This document shows, in pieces, positions 24,086-36,399 of a stretch of 37,954 bases of DNA. Source of the stretch: Octopus bimaculoides. Taxonomy: Eukaryota. The first letter of the stretch is position 1. Each line of letters starts with the position of its first letter. The stretch is taken from NCBI RefSeq assembly GCF_001194135.2, contig NC_068991.1:65446858-65484811 (forward strand), in the 5' to 3' direction. The position numbers and the translations under genes are program-made. The notes under the pieces were generated by a model. It did no database searches, was not told the DNA's origin, and was given only the letters and a program-made list of their open reading frames with translations.

Positions 24086-24254
24086 TCTCACTGCATATGT
24101 ACACATAAGTAAACACACACACACACACACTACTCATGTATGTATGTGTGTATGAATGTATGTATAAAGCATTTGCCAATGAAAGAGTAAGTAATGCAAA
24201 AGAAACATGAGTGAATCTGAACAAAGAAAGGCTGAAATAAAGACAAAAACTTAC

Positions 24255-24318
24255 TTTTTATGGAGTTTTCATTGCCATCTGTAATTTCAACATAGGTGGC
24301 ACTGCTTGATGCTGCTAC
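24255..24318 (-). CDS. CAMKMT: CAMKMT coding exon (64 nt), VAASSSATYVEITDGNENSIK(N)
   Basis: Acceptor tcatatacag, donor gtaagt; post-I TDGN motif; visible inside ORF-track entry 24130..24351. Confidence 0.95.
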
Positions 24319-24493
24319 CTGTATATGATAAATAATTGTTTTAGTTATCAATAAGCAATCACTGAATAGCTGATGTTAATGGTTGCGGTTATTGTTGTTG
24401 AAATTATTTCACATTCCTTCAGCCCACTCAGCTGTAAATGAATAACCCTTCAACAAACTGGCATTCTGTTCAGGAGTAATGTTCAGATCTTAC

Positions 24494-24920
24494 TCTTTAC
24501 TCTCTCTTTTACTCTTTTACTTGTTTCAGTCATTTGACTGCGGCCATGCTGGAGCACCACCTTCAGTCAAGCAAATCGACCCCAGGACTTATTCTTTTGT
24601 AAGCCTAGTACTTATTCTATCGGTCTCTTTTGCCGAACCGCTAAGTTACGGGCACGTAAACACACCAGCATCGGTTGCCAAGCGATGTTGGGGGGACAAA
24701 CACAGATACACAACATATACACACATACACATATATATACATATACATATACATATATACGACGGGCTTCTTTCAGTTTCCGTCTACCAAATCCACTCAC
24801 AAAGCTTTGGTCGGCCCGAGGCTATAGAAGACACTTGCCCAAGTTGTCATGCAGTTGGACTGAACCCAGAACCATGTGGTTGGTAAGCAAGCTACTTACC
24901 ACACAGCCACTCCTGCGCCT
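24494..24920 (-). mobile_element. Best-preserved full-length SINE family K copy
   Basis: Head aggcgcaggagtggctgtgtggtaagtagcttgcttaccaaccacatggttctgggttcagtcc; internal (TA/TG)n; tail gactgaaacaagtaaaagagtaaaa. Confidence 0.92.
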
Positions 24921-25987
24921 ACATGCACACATAATATACATATTATATATATATAAATATATATAATGTATATTATATATATACATCCATATTATTTCAT
25001 TTCATTTAAGAAAAAGTTGTTCTATGCTAGCATGGGTTAGATGAATATATTACTGAAGCAGTGTATTACAGCTGGCTGCTCTTCCTGTTGCTAACCTTTA
25101 TTTGTTTTTCAAGTGAGTAAGAGTTCTCTTATCCCATATATCTTCAAAGATGCAAAGCCAACAGATTTGTTGAGAAGGGAAAGAGAACAACATCACAGCT
25201 TCTAGCAAAACAATTTTCAGAGAAGCACAGATGCAAACAAATGCATACACACACACATGCACACATAGCCTTGTATACATACATGCAAAAATATATAGTT
25301 TTTATTAATATTGGGCAGAAGTAACAGAGTGACTCAAGGGCTGAGGGTTTCAAGTGCTGGCATTTACCAAACTAGTCGCCAAATCTGTACATACAAATAT
25401 ATATTGTACAGCGGGCTTCTTTCAGTTTCTGTCTATCAAGCCAACTCATCAGGCTTTGATCAGCCTGGGGCTAAATTAGAAGGCATTTGCCCAAAGTATG
25501 GCACAGTAGGTCTGATTCTGAAGCCATATGTCTTGCCTGTGCCTCCATGCAACCATATACCAATCAAGCTGAGTCTTGAGGGGAATATATTTCCCTTATG
25601 ATTTCTAATAAGACCAGATCTATTCCATTCTGCAGCGTCTCTATTACTAGCATATTTTGATCATATTAGAGTTATTTCCCTTGCTTGCTGTTTTCAGATT
25701 TTAAACTTTCTTAGGAGTTTTTGTCTACTAATCACTAGGATAATTTTACTTGATCTGAATTTTACTACCCATGATATTATATATGTGGGGCCCTACCAAA
25801 TTCATCCCTGCTGTACATTCTTCCTCACAAGAACTGTAGCATCACACTAGACTCCTATCCTTGGCCAAGTTTTTCTTGCAGTCATCACCTTCCAGATGGT
25901 TAAGTCGAAGATGTTAAATTGAACATCAACTGTACTCATGGGTGATGTATCTCTTCTCTAAAAAAATGTTCTCAATACATCAGTCTG

Positions 25988-26026
<39 letters not shown>

Positions 26027-26874
26027 CTTTCTCCATCTCTCAATCTCCTGCAGTAAGTTTGAACATAAACAACAACATGAAAAAAAAAAAATCAATGACA
26101 CCATGTAATGAAGACAGGAAACTATTGGCTCCATGTACCAAGATTGAAGTATTGGCTCAGTGTGAGGTTGTGAAGGAAAGCAGAGTGGCAGAGATCGAGA
26201 TAGATAGAGAGTGATAGAATGAGAGGGGGAAACAAAGCGACAGAAAAAGGCAAGAGAGATGAGAGACAGAGATAAAGACGGCTGTAAAAGACGGAAGAGA
26301 TAGACAGAAAAAAGCAGATAAACAGAAAGGAATGAAGGAAATAAACGGAGGAGGTGAAGGACAAAGAGCAATATGGTTAATTATGCACACAGTTTATATT
26401 TCTGTGTTTAATTAATTCATTTCCATTAATTAGTGTCACAGCTTAATGCTTGATGACTTGGTAAGACTGTCATGAAGCAAAGATGCGCATATGCAGCATT
26501 TCTGAACTTTCAGTGATTCAGTTTCTGAAAGTTGGAGGGAACACTGTGTAACTGATGGGAGTTTCATTAATTTGCAGCGTGAGATCAAATCCCACTTTAG
26601 ACAGACCACTCTATACAAACTGGTGCCCTATCCATAGGGATGTCACTCAACCACTTCCTGATAATTTCCAGGACACTGCAGCATCTTGTAGTCATGACAA
26701 TGGCAGATAAAACAAAAGGTAAAAGACACATTCAACTTGTAGGATGTGGACATAAAAGGGTTGGAATTTTAAAATCTTTTACTGGTTTCTGTTATTGGAC
26801 TGTGGCCATGCTGGGGCATCACTCTGAACACTTGTAATTAATCATGTCAACTCCAGTACTTATATCAGCCCAGT

Positions 26875-27057
26875 AGGTGCAGGCATGGCTGTGAAGTGGA
26901 AAAGCTGGATACCCAGTTGTATGGTCTCGGGTTCAATCCCACTGTGCAGCACCTTGTGCAAGTGTCTTCTTCTATTGCCCTGGGCTAACCAAAGCCTTGT
27001 GCGTGGATATGGATGGCAAAAACTGAAAGAAGCCTGTTGTATAAATATGCATATGTG

Positions 27058-27096
<39 letters not shown>

Positions 27097-27370
27097 ATGC
27101 ACGTGCACATGTGTGCATGTATGTGTGATTGTGTATACCTTTGTCTTGGCGTCACAAGATGGTTGTAAATGAGGATCAGTCACGCAAGTGATGTTACTCA
27201 CTTCTAGTCTTCTGTGAAATACACATCTGACCATAGGGTAAATATTACCTTGCTTGGAAACAGGTGAGGGTTGGTGACAGGAAGGGCATTCAGCTGTAGA
27301 AAATGCAACTCAACAAATTCTACCTGACCCATGCAAACATGAAAGTGGATGTTAAATGATAATAATGATG
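26875..27370 (+). mobile_element. SINE with family K head, internal (TG)n and an alternative (GAT)-type tail
   Basis: Family K 5' half, followed by ggaaacaggtgagggttggtgacaggaagggcattcagctgtagaaa...catgcaaacatgaaagtggatgttaaatgat, which is related to the family A 3' end. Confidence 0.7.
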
Positions 27371-27764
27371 TCAATGATGATGTATACGTATTTAACACTT
27401 GAGGCACATGGTCTAGTGGTTAAGATGTTGGGCTCACTATCATAAGATCATGGGATCAATTCCTGAACTGGACAATGTATTGTGTCCTTGAGCAGGGGGC
27501 ATCATTTCAGGCTGCTCCAATATACTCAACTGAAAATGAGTCCCAGCACAACTGCTGGTGCAGCTCTTTCTGCCTCCAGATGTCACATCCTTGACATTCC
27601 ACTGAGTCAAGAATTGGAGGGCCAAGAGTATGTCTATGTCTGCTTGGGACTACATAAGAACCTAAAACAATGAGTAAAAGTATGATAGAAGCTGCCAAGT
27701 TATACTCGTCTGCAAATGGAAGCTAAGCTTTTCCTTCATTTTATTTCATCGTCATTATCGCCTT

Positions 27765-28106
27765 CCTGGCACTTGTGCCAGTGGCACGTGAAAAGACATT
27801 CGAGTGAGTTCGTTGCCAGTACCACTGGACTGGCTCCTGTGCAGGTGGCACGTAAAATACACCATTTCGAGCATGGCCGTTGCCAGTACCGCCTGACTGG
27901 CCATCGTGCCGGTGGCACGTAAAAGCGCCCACTACACTCTCTGAGTGGTTGGCGTTAGGAAGAGCATCCAGCTGTTGAAACTCATCCAAATCAGATTGGA
28001 GCCTGGTGTAGCCACCTGGTTTCACCAGTCCTCAGTCAAATCGTCCAACCCATGCTAGCATGGAAAGCGGACGTTAAACGACGACGATGATGATGATGAT
28101 GATGAT
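27765..28106 (+). mobile_element. SINE family A copy with three 5' repeat units
   Basis: Three gtggcacgt(g/a)aaa units and a (GAT)n tail. Confidence 0.9.
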
Positions 28107-28486
28107 TATCATTTAGCATCCATGTTCTCTGCTGGAATGGGCTGGACTGTCATTTATCATTTATTAGTAATTTACTTTACTAATTTCTATTCACTGAATG
28201 GCTAAGTTATCTTTCAATTAAAGGAGACACAAAAGTGGTGAGCTGGCCAAATCGTTAGCATGCCTGGCAAAATGCTTAGCAGCATGCCATCCATCTTTAT
28301 GTTCTGAGTTCAAATTCCACCAAAGTCAAATTTTATCCTTTCGGGGGTCCTTAAAAATAAGTACCAGTTGAGCACTGGAGTCAATGTAATTGACTTACCA
28401 CTCCCCGCGAAATTGCTGGCCTTGTACCAAAATCCGAAACCAATGAAAGGGGACACAACTCAACACATCCCTTTTACACCTGTCTA

Positions 28487-28730
28487 TCATCATTGTCATC
28501 ATCGTCATTTAATGTCCGCTTTCCATGCTAGCATGGGTTGGACGATTTGACTGAGGACTGGTGAAACCAGGTGGCTACACCAGGCTCCAATCTGATTTGG
28601 CAGAGTTTCTACAGCTGGATGCCCTTCCTAACGCCAACCACTCTGGAGAGTGTAGTGGGTGCTTTTTACGTGCCAATGGCACGAAGGCCAGTCAGGCGGT
28701 ACTGGCAACGGCCACGCTCAAAATGGTGTA
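28487..28730 (-). mobile_element. SINE family A copy, inverted relative to 27765-28106
   Basis: Its reverse complement closely matches 27858-28090. Confidence 0.9.
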
Positions 28731-28966
28731 TATGTATATATATTTATATGATGAGTTTCTATAATGTTTCTACCTTCTAAATTCCACTTACAAAGTAATA
28801 ATCAACTTGAGACTATGGCAGAAGACACCGACTCAAAGTGCTATGCAGTAGAATTGAACTCTGGACCATAACCAAACTTCATAACCTCATGGTATGTTCC
28901 TGAAGGCATCAGTAAATAAAACAAACACCAAAAAATTTTTAAAAGAAAAGAAAAATGGTTACTTAC

Positions 28967-29021
28967 ACAGATTCCTGCAAGACATGTCATTCCACCACCA
29001 AGTTCACAGATCCTTTTGCCA
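28967..29021 (-). CDS. CAMKMT: CAMKMT coding exon (55 nt), GKRICELGGGMTCLAGIC (SAM-binding motif I)
   Basis: Acceptor ttttattttcttcag, donor gtaagt; ELGGGMTCLAG is characteristic of CAMKMT. Confidence 0.97.
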
Positions 29022-29550
29022 CTGAAGAAAATAAAATATGAATATATTTTTAGGACAACAAATTAATATTTACCTTTGAAGCATGATTAGACTAATTACA
29101 TTTTAAAAGGATTGATAACTCAGGTAATTACAACTTGAAATTCATAAAAAACAACAACAAAGAAAACTATTTTTCCCAGGGCCCTAGGGGTCATAACTGA
29201 ATGCACTGGCTAGGGTATCTGGCTCATGATCATGAGGTTGAGTTCAATTCCTGGTGGTGCATTGTATTCTTAAGCAAGACGCTTTATATTGCATTGCTCC
29301 AGTCCACTCAGCCGGCAAAAATGAGTGGTACCTGTATTTCAAAAGCCCAGCTTTGTCACATTCTGTGTCACGTTGAATCTCCCAGAAAACTATTTTAACA
29401 ATGTGTGTGTCTGAGGACTGCTCGGCCATTTGCAAGTTAATTTCACGAACAGGTTGTTCTGTTCAACTGGAACCTTAGTTGTTATAACCAATGGAGTGTT
29501 AGTTCTAGGAATCATAAGGCCAAAACTTAACCTGGTTTCCATGATGTATA

Positions 29551-29941
29551 TGTTGTTGTTGTTGGCACTCCGTCGCTTACGACGTCAAGGTTCCAGTTGA
29601 TCCAATCAATGGAATAGCCTGCTCATGAAATTAACGTGCAAGTGGTTGAGCACTCCACAGACACGTGTACCCTTAACGTAGTTCTTGGGGATATTCAGCG
29701 TGACACTGTGTGACAAGGCTGGCCCTTTGAAATACAGGTACAACAGAAACAGGAAGAAAGAATGAGAGAAAGTTGTGGTGAAAGAGTACAGCAGGGTTCG
29801 CCACTATCCCCTGCCGGAGCCTCGTGGAGCTTTTAGGTGTTTTCACTCAATAAACACTCACAACGCCCGATCTGGGAATCGAAACCATGATCCTATGACC
29901 GGGAGTTCGCTGCCCTAACCACTGGGCCATTGCGCCTCCAC
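29551..29941 (-). mobile_element. Full-length SINE family R copy, (CAA)n tail, 13-bp TSD
   Basis: TSD tccatgatgtata at 29538-29550 and 29942-29954; tail gttgttgttgttgg on the + strand. Confidence 0.93.
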
Positions 29942-30751
29942 TCCATGATGTATAAGTGACTGAGAATATGAAAGTCCACTTTGAATGGGACACCCATCTG
30001 TTGTAGGGTCGACTTCCCAGCTATTGGTGGAAATCACTTACAGCTAAGCAGATTGGAGCGATGTGAAATAAAGGCAATTTTTGCTCCAAGAAGTACTGTT
30101 GCTCACACTTTTACAAAGAACATAAGATGAAAGACAAATTTAACCTCAGTGGAATTTGAACTCAAAACATAAAACTGGAAGATATGTAGCTAAGTATTTT
30201 ATCTGATACACTAACAATTCTGCCAGCTCACCACTTTTCAAAGACCCTAAGCTGTTCTTATTTAGATCCGATATCAGCACTTACCAAAGGTGTTTGAACT
30301 ATGATTAACACACCTTCATTTTTAGAGACGGTGTATCTAGAGCTACATTATTCAATATGTCATTCCTCTTTCTTTTTCAAGCAAGGGTTAATATGAGAAA
30401 GATTAACTGCTGTTTCTAACAAGCAGACTGCATACATATAGGCTCCTTGTTTGGTCTGAGAACATGAGCTGTTATCATTTAACTCCAAGTCAGCTCTTAT
30501 TGATCAGATTAAATGCATTCTGAGTGTAACCAACTTCTCTTTTATTTAATACTTCTACAAAATTATTTAATGTGTCCTACCTGTTTTAAGAAAGTAGACT
30601 GTGATATGAAAAATACTTAGGTTCTATTTCTAGCAGATCAAGTGACTATGTGAAGACTCTCTTGTTAGTTTGCAAGGATACAAGTGAAATGGCTTATTGT
30701 CATATTTCTTGTGTAATTGTAACTTATTAGAATCTTGTCTGGCATTCTTAC

Positions 30752-30812
30752 CTGAACATACTGCGGTGCTTTAAACAGTAATAAGCAAGAACTTCCTCTG
30801 ATGGCCAAATAC
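30752..30812 (-). CDS. CAMKMT: CAMKMT coding exon (61 nt), (C)[19 protein letters not shown](S)
   Basis: Acceptor ttttcctttcctag, donor gtaaga; WPSEEVL motif. Confidence 0.96.
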
Positions 30813-30980
30813 CTAGGAAAGGAAAATAGCAAAAAATTCTTTAAAACAAAATTCTAGGTTTGAATTAGGTTTCTGAAGATTTTAACATGTTTTGCAGTAA
30901 ATCTCAAGCTGGAATTTAAACAAATCTATATATGCAAGTTTAATTAAAATTAAAATTAAAAATACATACATACATACATA

Positions 30981-31140
30981 AGGAGTTTGCTTCCCAATCA
31001 CATGATTCTGGGTTCAGTCCCACTGTATGGCAATTTGGACAAATGTCTTCTAATATAGCCCTATATATAGGCTGACCAAAACCTTGTGAGTGGATTTGGT
31101 AGATGAAAACTGAAAGAAGCCCATCGTATATATACATGTA

Positions 31141-31185
<45 letters not shown>

Positions 31186-31915
31186 NNNNNNNNNNNNNNN
31201 NNNNNNNNNNNNNNNNNNNNNNNNNNNNNNNNNNNNNNNNNNNNNNNNNNNNNNNNNNNNNNNNNNNNNNNNNNNNNNNNNNNNNNNNNNNNNNNNNNNN
31301 NNNNNNNNNNNNNNNNNNNNNNNNNNNNNNNNNNNNNNNNNNNNNNNNNNNNNNNNNNNNNNNNNNNNNNTATGCAGTAGTGATGCAACAAAGTAGCTGT
31401 ATGCTGTCAACTTAATGTGAGTCCCCTGAAAGGAATAATACTACTGCTATTTAGCCCTAGGAAGCAGCACTGCTTCCTGTTGGCCTTGACACATTTCCTG
31501 TGTCCTTATGTTTACAAGGGGGAGACTGATGACGAGCAAAGACTCAGAAGCATGTCTCTGGATGCAGGCTTAGCTAAGTGAAGATGCTTGTCTCCCCCTT
31601 GTAAACATAAGGACACAGGAAATGTGTCAAGGCCGACAGGAAGCGGTGCTGCTTCCTAGGGCTAAATAGCAGTAGTATTATTCCCTTCATGGGACTGTCA
31701 CATTAAGTTGACAGCATACAACTACTTTATGTATATATATGTATATTGTGTGAGTGTGTGTGTGTGTATGTCTATGTATCTGTGCGTCTGTGTTTGTGCC
31801 TCACCAATGCTTGACAATCAATGTTGGTGTTTAAATCCTCGTAACTTAGCAGTTCAGCAAAAGAGACCAATAGAATAAGTACCAGGCTTAAAAAATAAGT
31901 ACTGGGGTCAGTTCA
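30981..31915 (+). mobile_element. SINE family K copy interrupted by a gap and by the 339-bp fold-back insertion
   Basis: 5' half at about 30981-31185; 3' half (tgtgtttgtgcc...gtaacttagcagttcagcaaaagagacc...actggggtc) resumes at about 31740-31915. Confidence 0.75.
31390..31728. repeat. Long near-perfect inverted repeat (~137-bp arms, 63-bp spacer)
   Basis: 31390-31526 pairs with 31590-31728, with only a few substitutions and a 2-nt indel. Confidence 0.96.
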
Positions 31916-31956
<41 letters not shown>

Positions 31957-33128
31957 CCTGATTTTTGGCTTTTCTGTACTCAAGAAGACCCGTACTCCAC
32001 AGCAGAAGTGCTAAGGCCACTTTCCCCAGTGGAGAGCATTGGCCAGTGAGAGTCCTGTGTTGGTGCCACAAAAAAAAAAACCATTCATGCTGGTGTCATG
32101 TAAAAGCATTTGTGCAGTATCACATTAAAAGCACCCAGAACACTTAGTAACGTGGTTGGCATTAGGAAGGGTATCCAGCTATAGAAACCATGCCAAAACA
32201 GACTGGAACCTGGTGCAGCTCTCCAGTTTGCTAGCTCTGGTCAAACCATCCAACCCATGCAAGCATGGACAATGGACATTAAATGACGATGATGATGTTA
32301 ATGACTTTCTACAAAGCTCAGTTGAGATACAAAATAGAATATTGCTCTTGAACGCTGCAACTGTTAGACATACAAACATTCTGTATTTCATCCAAAAGAA
32401 AGTCAAACGACTGACTGGTATGAAGTCACTTACCAACACACAACAATTGTCAGCCTATGCTCACTTTGGATTTTCTACCGTTTCTACAAAAGATTCTGGT
32501 TGTGTACCACCTCCACAAAAGCCCATCCAACATACTTGTCTTTCTTTCTCTCTTCATCCACATGAACTCCACCCCACCTCCCACCTCTAGACCCTATACT
32601 AAATGCTTTGCTCTATCCTTCTTTTCTAGAGCATCAGTTTTTTGGTAATTTCCTCCTCATTAACGTTTTGCCTCTAGTTATAAACTTAAAATTGTTCAAA
32701 ATGAACATAAGTATAATCAGTTTTACCAGTCTTGGAAGGCTTGTAAAGGTTAGGAACATAGCTCCTCCCTTTTGACTAAGCCACTAAATTTCTTTTGTAA
32801 TGATGATGATGACAACAACAATGGTGATGATGATGATGATGACAATGGTGGTGATGATGATGATGATAACTTATGATGCAACACAGATCTAAAATACCTC
32901 TTTAACTCATCATTACAGAAGAACATGCAGAAATAGAAATTAGATGTACCATAATGAGTCTTGGGCAAACAACCCTACCCTCTAAATTATCTTAATGGGA
33001 ACTATTAAACAATTTACCAAAATTACCAAAATGTATCATAGAAATTGGTCTGTTGAATGTTGCACTAAAATTACTAAAAAAAAAAAACACCTCTGTATCT
33101 TTTGGGAACACAACAAAGATAACCACAA

Positions 33129-33347
33129 GGCGGTGAGCTGGCAGAAACGTTAGCACGCCGGACGAAATGCTAAGCGGTATTTCGTCTGCTGCTACGTTCT
33201 GAGTTCAAATCCCGCCGAGGTCGACTTTGCCTTTCATCCTTTCGAGGGTCGATAAATTAAGTACCAGCTACGCACTGGGGTCGATCTAATCGACTTAATC
33301 CCTTTGTCTGTCCTTGTTTGTCCCCTCTATATTTAGCCCCTTGTGGG
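33129..33347 (+). mobile_element. Well-preserved SINE family M copy
   Basis: ggcggtgagctggcagaaacgttagc...gagttcaaatcccgccgaggtcgactttgcctttcatcctttcgagggtcgataaattaagtacc...gccccttgtgggc. Confidence 0.9.
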
Positions 33348-35118
33348 CCCCCGCAGACAAAATGGAAAAGGCATTGCCCCGGATGATGGTGAAAGAGAAA
33401 CAGTGAAACAGCCACTCTGACTCACAGAGCTTACACTTGCAGACAGCCATCTCTGCTCCAATAGCGGTGAGCAGGAANNNNNNNNNNNNNNNNNNNNNNN
33501 NNNNNNNNNNNNNNNNNNNNNNNNNNNNNNNNNNNNNNNNNNNNNNNNNNNNNNNNNNNNNNNNNNNNNNNNNNNNNNNNNNNNNNNNNNNNNNNNNNNN
33601 NNNNNNNNNNNNNNNNNNNNNNTGCCACAGGCTTGACCACAAACCTGTCAAAGAGTGACCAATACTTTCATAGTTTGCTTTTCTCAACCTGACAAGCAGC
33701 GGAACCTGAGCTGGTAGCTGAACTCACCATGTTGCTACAGGAGGAGGTGTCACAGTATGTGGCATCCCAGATGAGGGGCCTAACACCACGAAATAGAAAA
33801 ATTGTCAAACTGTCAGGTTTCTTACTGTCCCCTCTGTCTAACCCCACTGGCTCAAGCCAGGAAGGGAAGCCTGCAGCGTCTAGGCCATGCTTTATAAAAT
33901 GATATTTCAGGCAAGTGATTTGATCTGAGACAGTGAGGTGAAACTAAAACAGTTACAGCATGGAAGACACATATTAGTTTCAAATTTTGGTACAAGGCCA
34001 GCAATTTCAGGAGAGCTGGGTAAGTCGATTACATCAACCCCTGTTGCTCAACTGGTACTTATTTTATCAACCCTGAAAGGATGAAAGACAAAGTCAACTT
34101 GGTGGAATTTCAACTCAGAACATAGATGGTCAAAATGCCACGAAACATTTTGTCTGGCATGTTAACACTTCTGTCAGCTTGCTGCCTTATAGAACACACA
34201 TTAACCATTTAAAAACACACAAAGACTGCGAAGTTTACTTTTCATTGTGTTAACTACAACCTGGTCACTAACACGGTTCAACTGGAAATGGTTTGTAGCA
34301 AAGCATGTTCATCAGTATATCTAAATTTCAAGGTTATAAATTATGTCTTTTTATCTATGTAGGTACATTAATAAGTTAGCCGACTGTAGCTACAGCAACA
34401 ACACAACAACAGCAACAGCAACAACAAAAACAACAATACTACACTACATCATACACAACACTGCTCCTCACGTCTACAGTACAGAACACCTCAGCAATAG
34501 ACTACAAAATAGTATTATATTAAATAACATCCTAATACTGTACTTAACAATATATCTACACATATTTTCAGAAAAGAATATATGATTTAAAAAAAGGTGG
34601 CAAGCAGGCAGAAACGTTAGCATGCTGGGCGAAATGCTTAGTGGTACTTCGTCTGTCTTTATGTTCTGAGTTCAAATTCCACCAAGGTCGACTTTGCTTT
34701 CATCCTTTCAGGGTCGGTAAATTAAGTACCAGTTGTGTACTGAGGTCCATCTAATCGACTGACCCCCCTTCCCTCCAAATTTCAGGCCTTGTGTCTATAG
34801 CAGAAAAGAATATTTCTAGACAATACAATGCAGCACCCCAATACGATATCACACAACATACAACATCTACACTAAACTACATCTCAACAACACACTAATG
34901 CAACAACTTCTACATTATATTACACAACATTGCTTTACTAAATTTACATGACATTCCTACCCTGCATTGCACAAGACTCCTCAGCATTTTATATATCTCC
35001 GTTCAATATATAGTCACAAATACAACCACCAATATCAACACGAACAACATCAATGACATCACAACCACCACTGACAACAACAACAATACCACCAATAACA
35101 GAGACAAATCATACTTAC

Positions 35119-35180
35119 ATACGTTTCCTGTATTGTTAAACCCAAAAATACTATCAAAGGACACTTCTTTTGGTAAGAGT
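35119..35180 (-). CDS. CAMKMT: CAMKMT coding exon (62 nt), LLPKEVSFDSIFGFNNTGNV(C)
   Basis: Acceptor tttctttatttgtag, donor gtaagt; carries the F(D/N)NTGNVC motif; phase 2 in, phase 1 out. Confidence 0.93.
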
Positions 35181-35539
35181 CTACAAATAAAGAAACATCA
35201 AAAACATGTCTGACCAATGTTAAATCATTTGTTCATTCAGTCATATTTATGCACAGAAGACATATATATATATATATNNNNNNNNNNNNNNNNNNNNNNN
35301 NNNNNNNNNNNNNNNNNNNNNNNNNNNNNNNNNNNNNNNNNNNNNNNNNNNNNNNNNNNNNNNNNNNNNNNNNNNNNNNNNNNNNNNNNNNNNNNNNNNN
35401 NNNNNNNNNNNNNNNNNNNNNNNNNNNNNNNNNNNNNNNNNNNNNNNNNNNNNNNNNNNNNNNNNNNNNNNNNNNNNNNNNNNNNNNNNNNNNNNNNNNN
35501 NNNNNNNNNNNNNNNNNNNNNNNNNNNNNNNNNATATAT

Positions 35540-35861
35540 GTGGCCGTTGCCAGTACCGCCTGACTGGCTCCCGTAGGATTTTCGAGCGAGATCGTTGCCA
35601 GTGCCCCTGGACTGGCTCTTGTGCGGGTGGCACATAAAAGACACCATTTCGAGCGTGGCCGTTTTCGTGCGGGTGACACGTAAAAGCACCCACTACACTC
35701 TCTGAGTGGTTGGCGTTAGGAAGGGCATCCAGCTGTAGAAACTCTGCCAAATTAGACTGGAGCCTGGTGTTGCCATCCAGTTTCACCAGTCCTCAGTCAA
35801 ATCGTCCAACCCATGCTAGCATGGAAAGCGAACGTTAAACGATGATGATGATGATGATGAT
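35540..35861 (+). mobile_element. SINE family A copy
   Basis: Same repeat units and (GAT)n tail as the other family A copies. Confidence 0.9.
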
Positions 35862-36072
35862 ACATATACATATACATACACACACACACACACACATATA
35901 TATATATTTGTATCGTACATGTATATATATATATATTTCTATCATATATGCATATACATATAGTTGTATATATATATGTGTGTGTGTGTGTGTATGTTTG
36001 TCTGCATAAGTATATATGTGTGTATGTATCATCATCCTCATCACAATCATCCTTTTCCATGGCTGGCATGGG

Positions 36073-36164
<92 letters not shown>

Positions 36165-36287
36165 GAGTGTGTGTATGTATATGTATATGTTTGTATGTGT
36201 TTATATATCTGTATACACACAGATATTTATATATGTATGTATATGTACATGCATGTGTGTATATATATACATATACATACATATATA

Positions 36288-36343
<56 letters not shown>
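35862..36343. repeat. Compound (TA)n/(TG)n/(CA)n microsatellite field
   Basis: Seen directly; explains the YIYI/CVCV ORFs at 35797-36417. Confidence 0.95.
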
Positions 36344-36345
<2 letters not shown>

Positions 36346-36399
36346 AGTAAAAATAAATACAAAAAAGGGTTTTTTTTTTGTATGATTGTGTATAGAGGA

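Noticed and set aside
25797-25957. Exon-like segment on the minus strand (ttttttag acceptor, gtaggg donor) inside a CAMKMT intron; possible poison exon
   Set aside because: All three frames hit stops and the flanking real exons already join in frame. Without RNA data it cannot be told apart from a chance pseudo-exon.
33348-33800. GC-richer segment around the gap at 33478-33622 that might be coding
   Set aside because: All frames close quickly and no motif was recognised; it is probably a retroelement fragment, but I cannot classify it.
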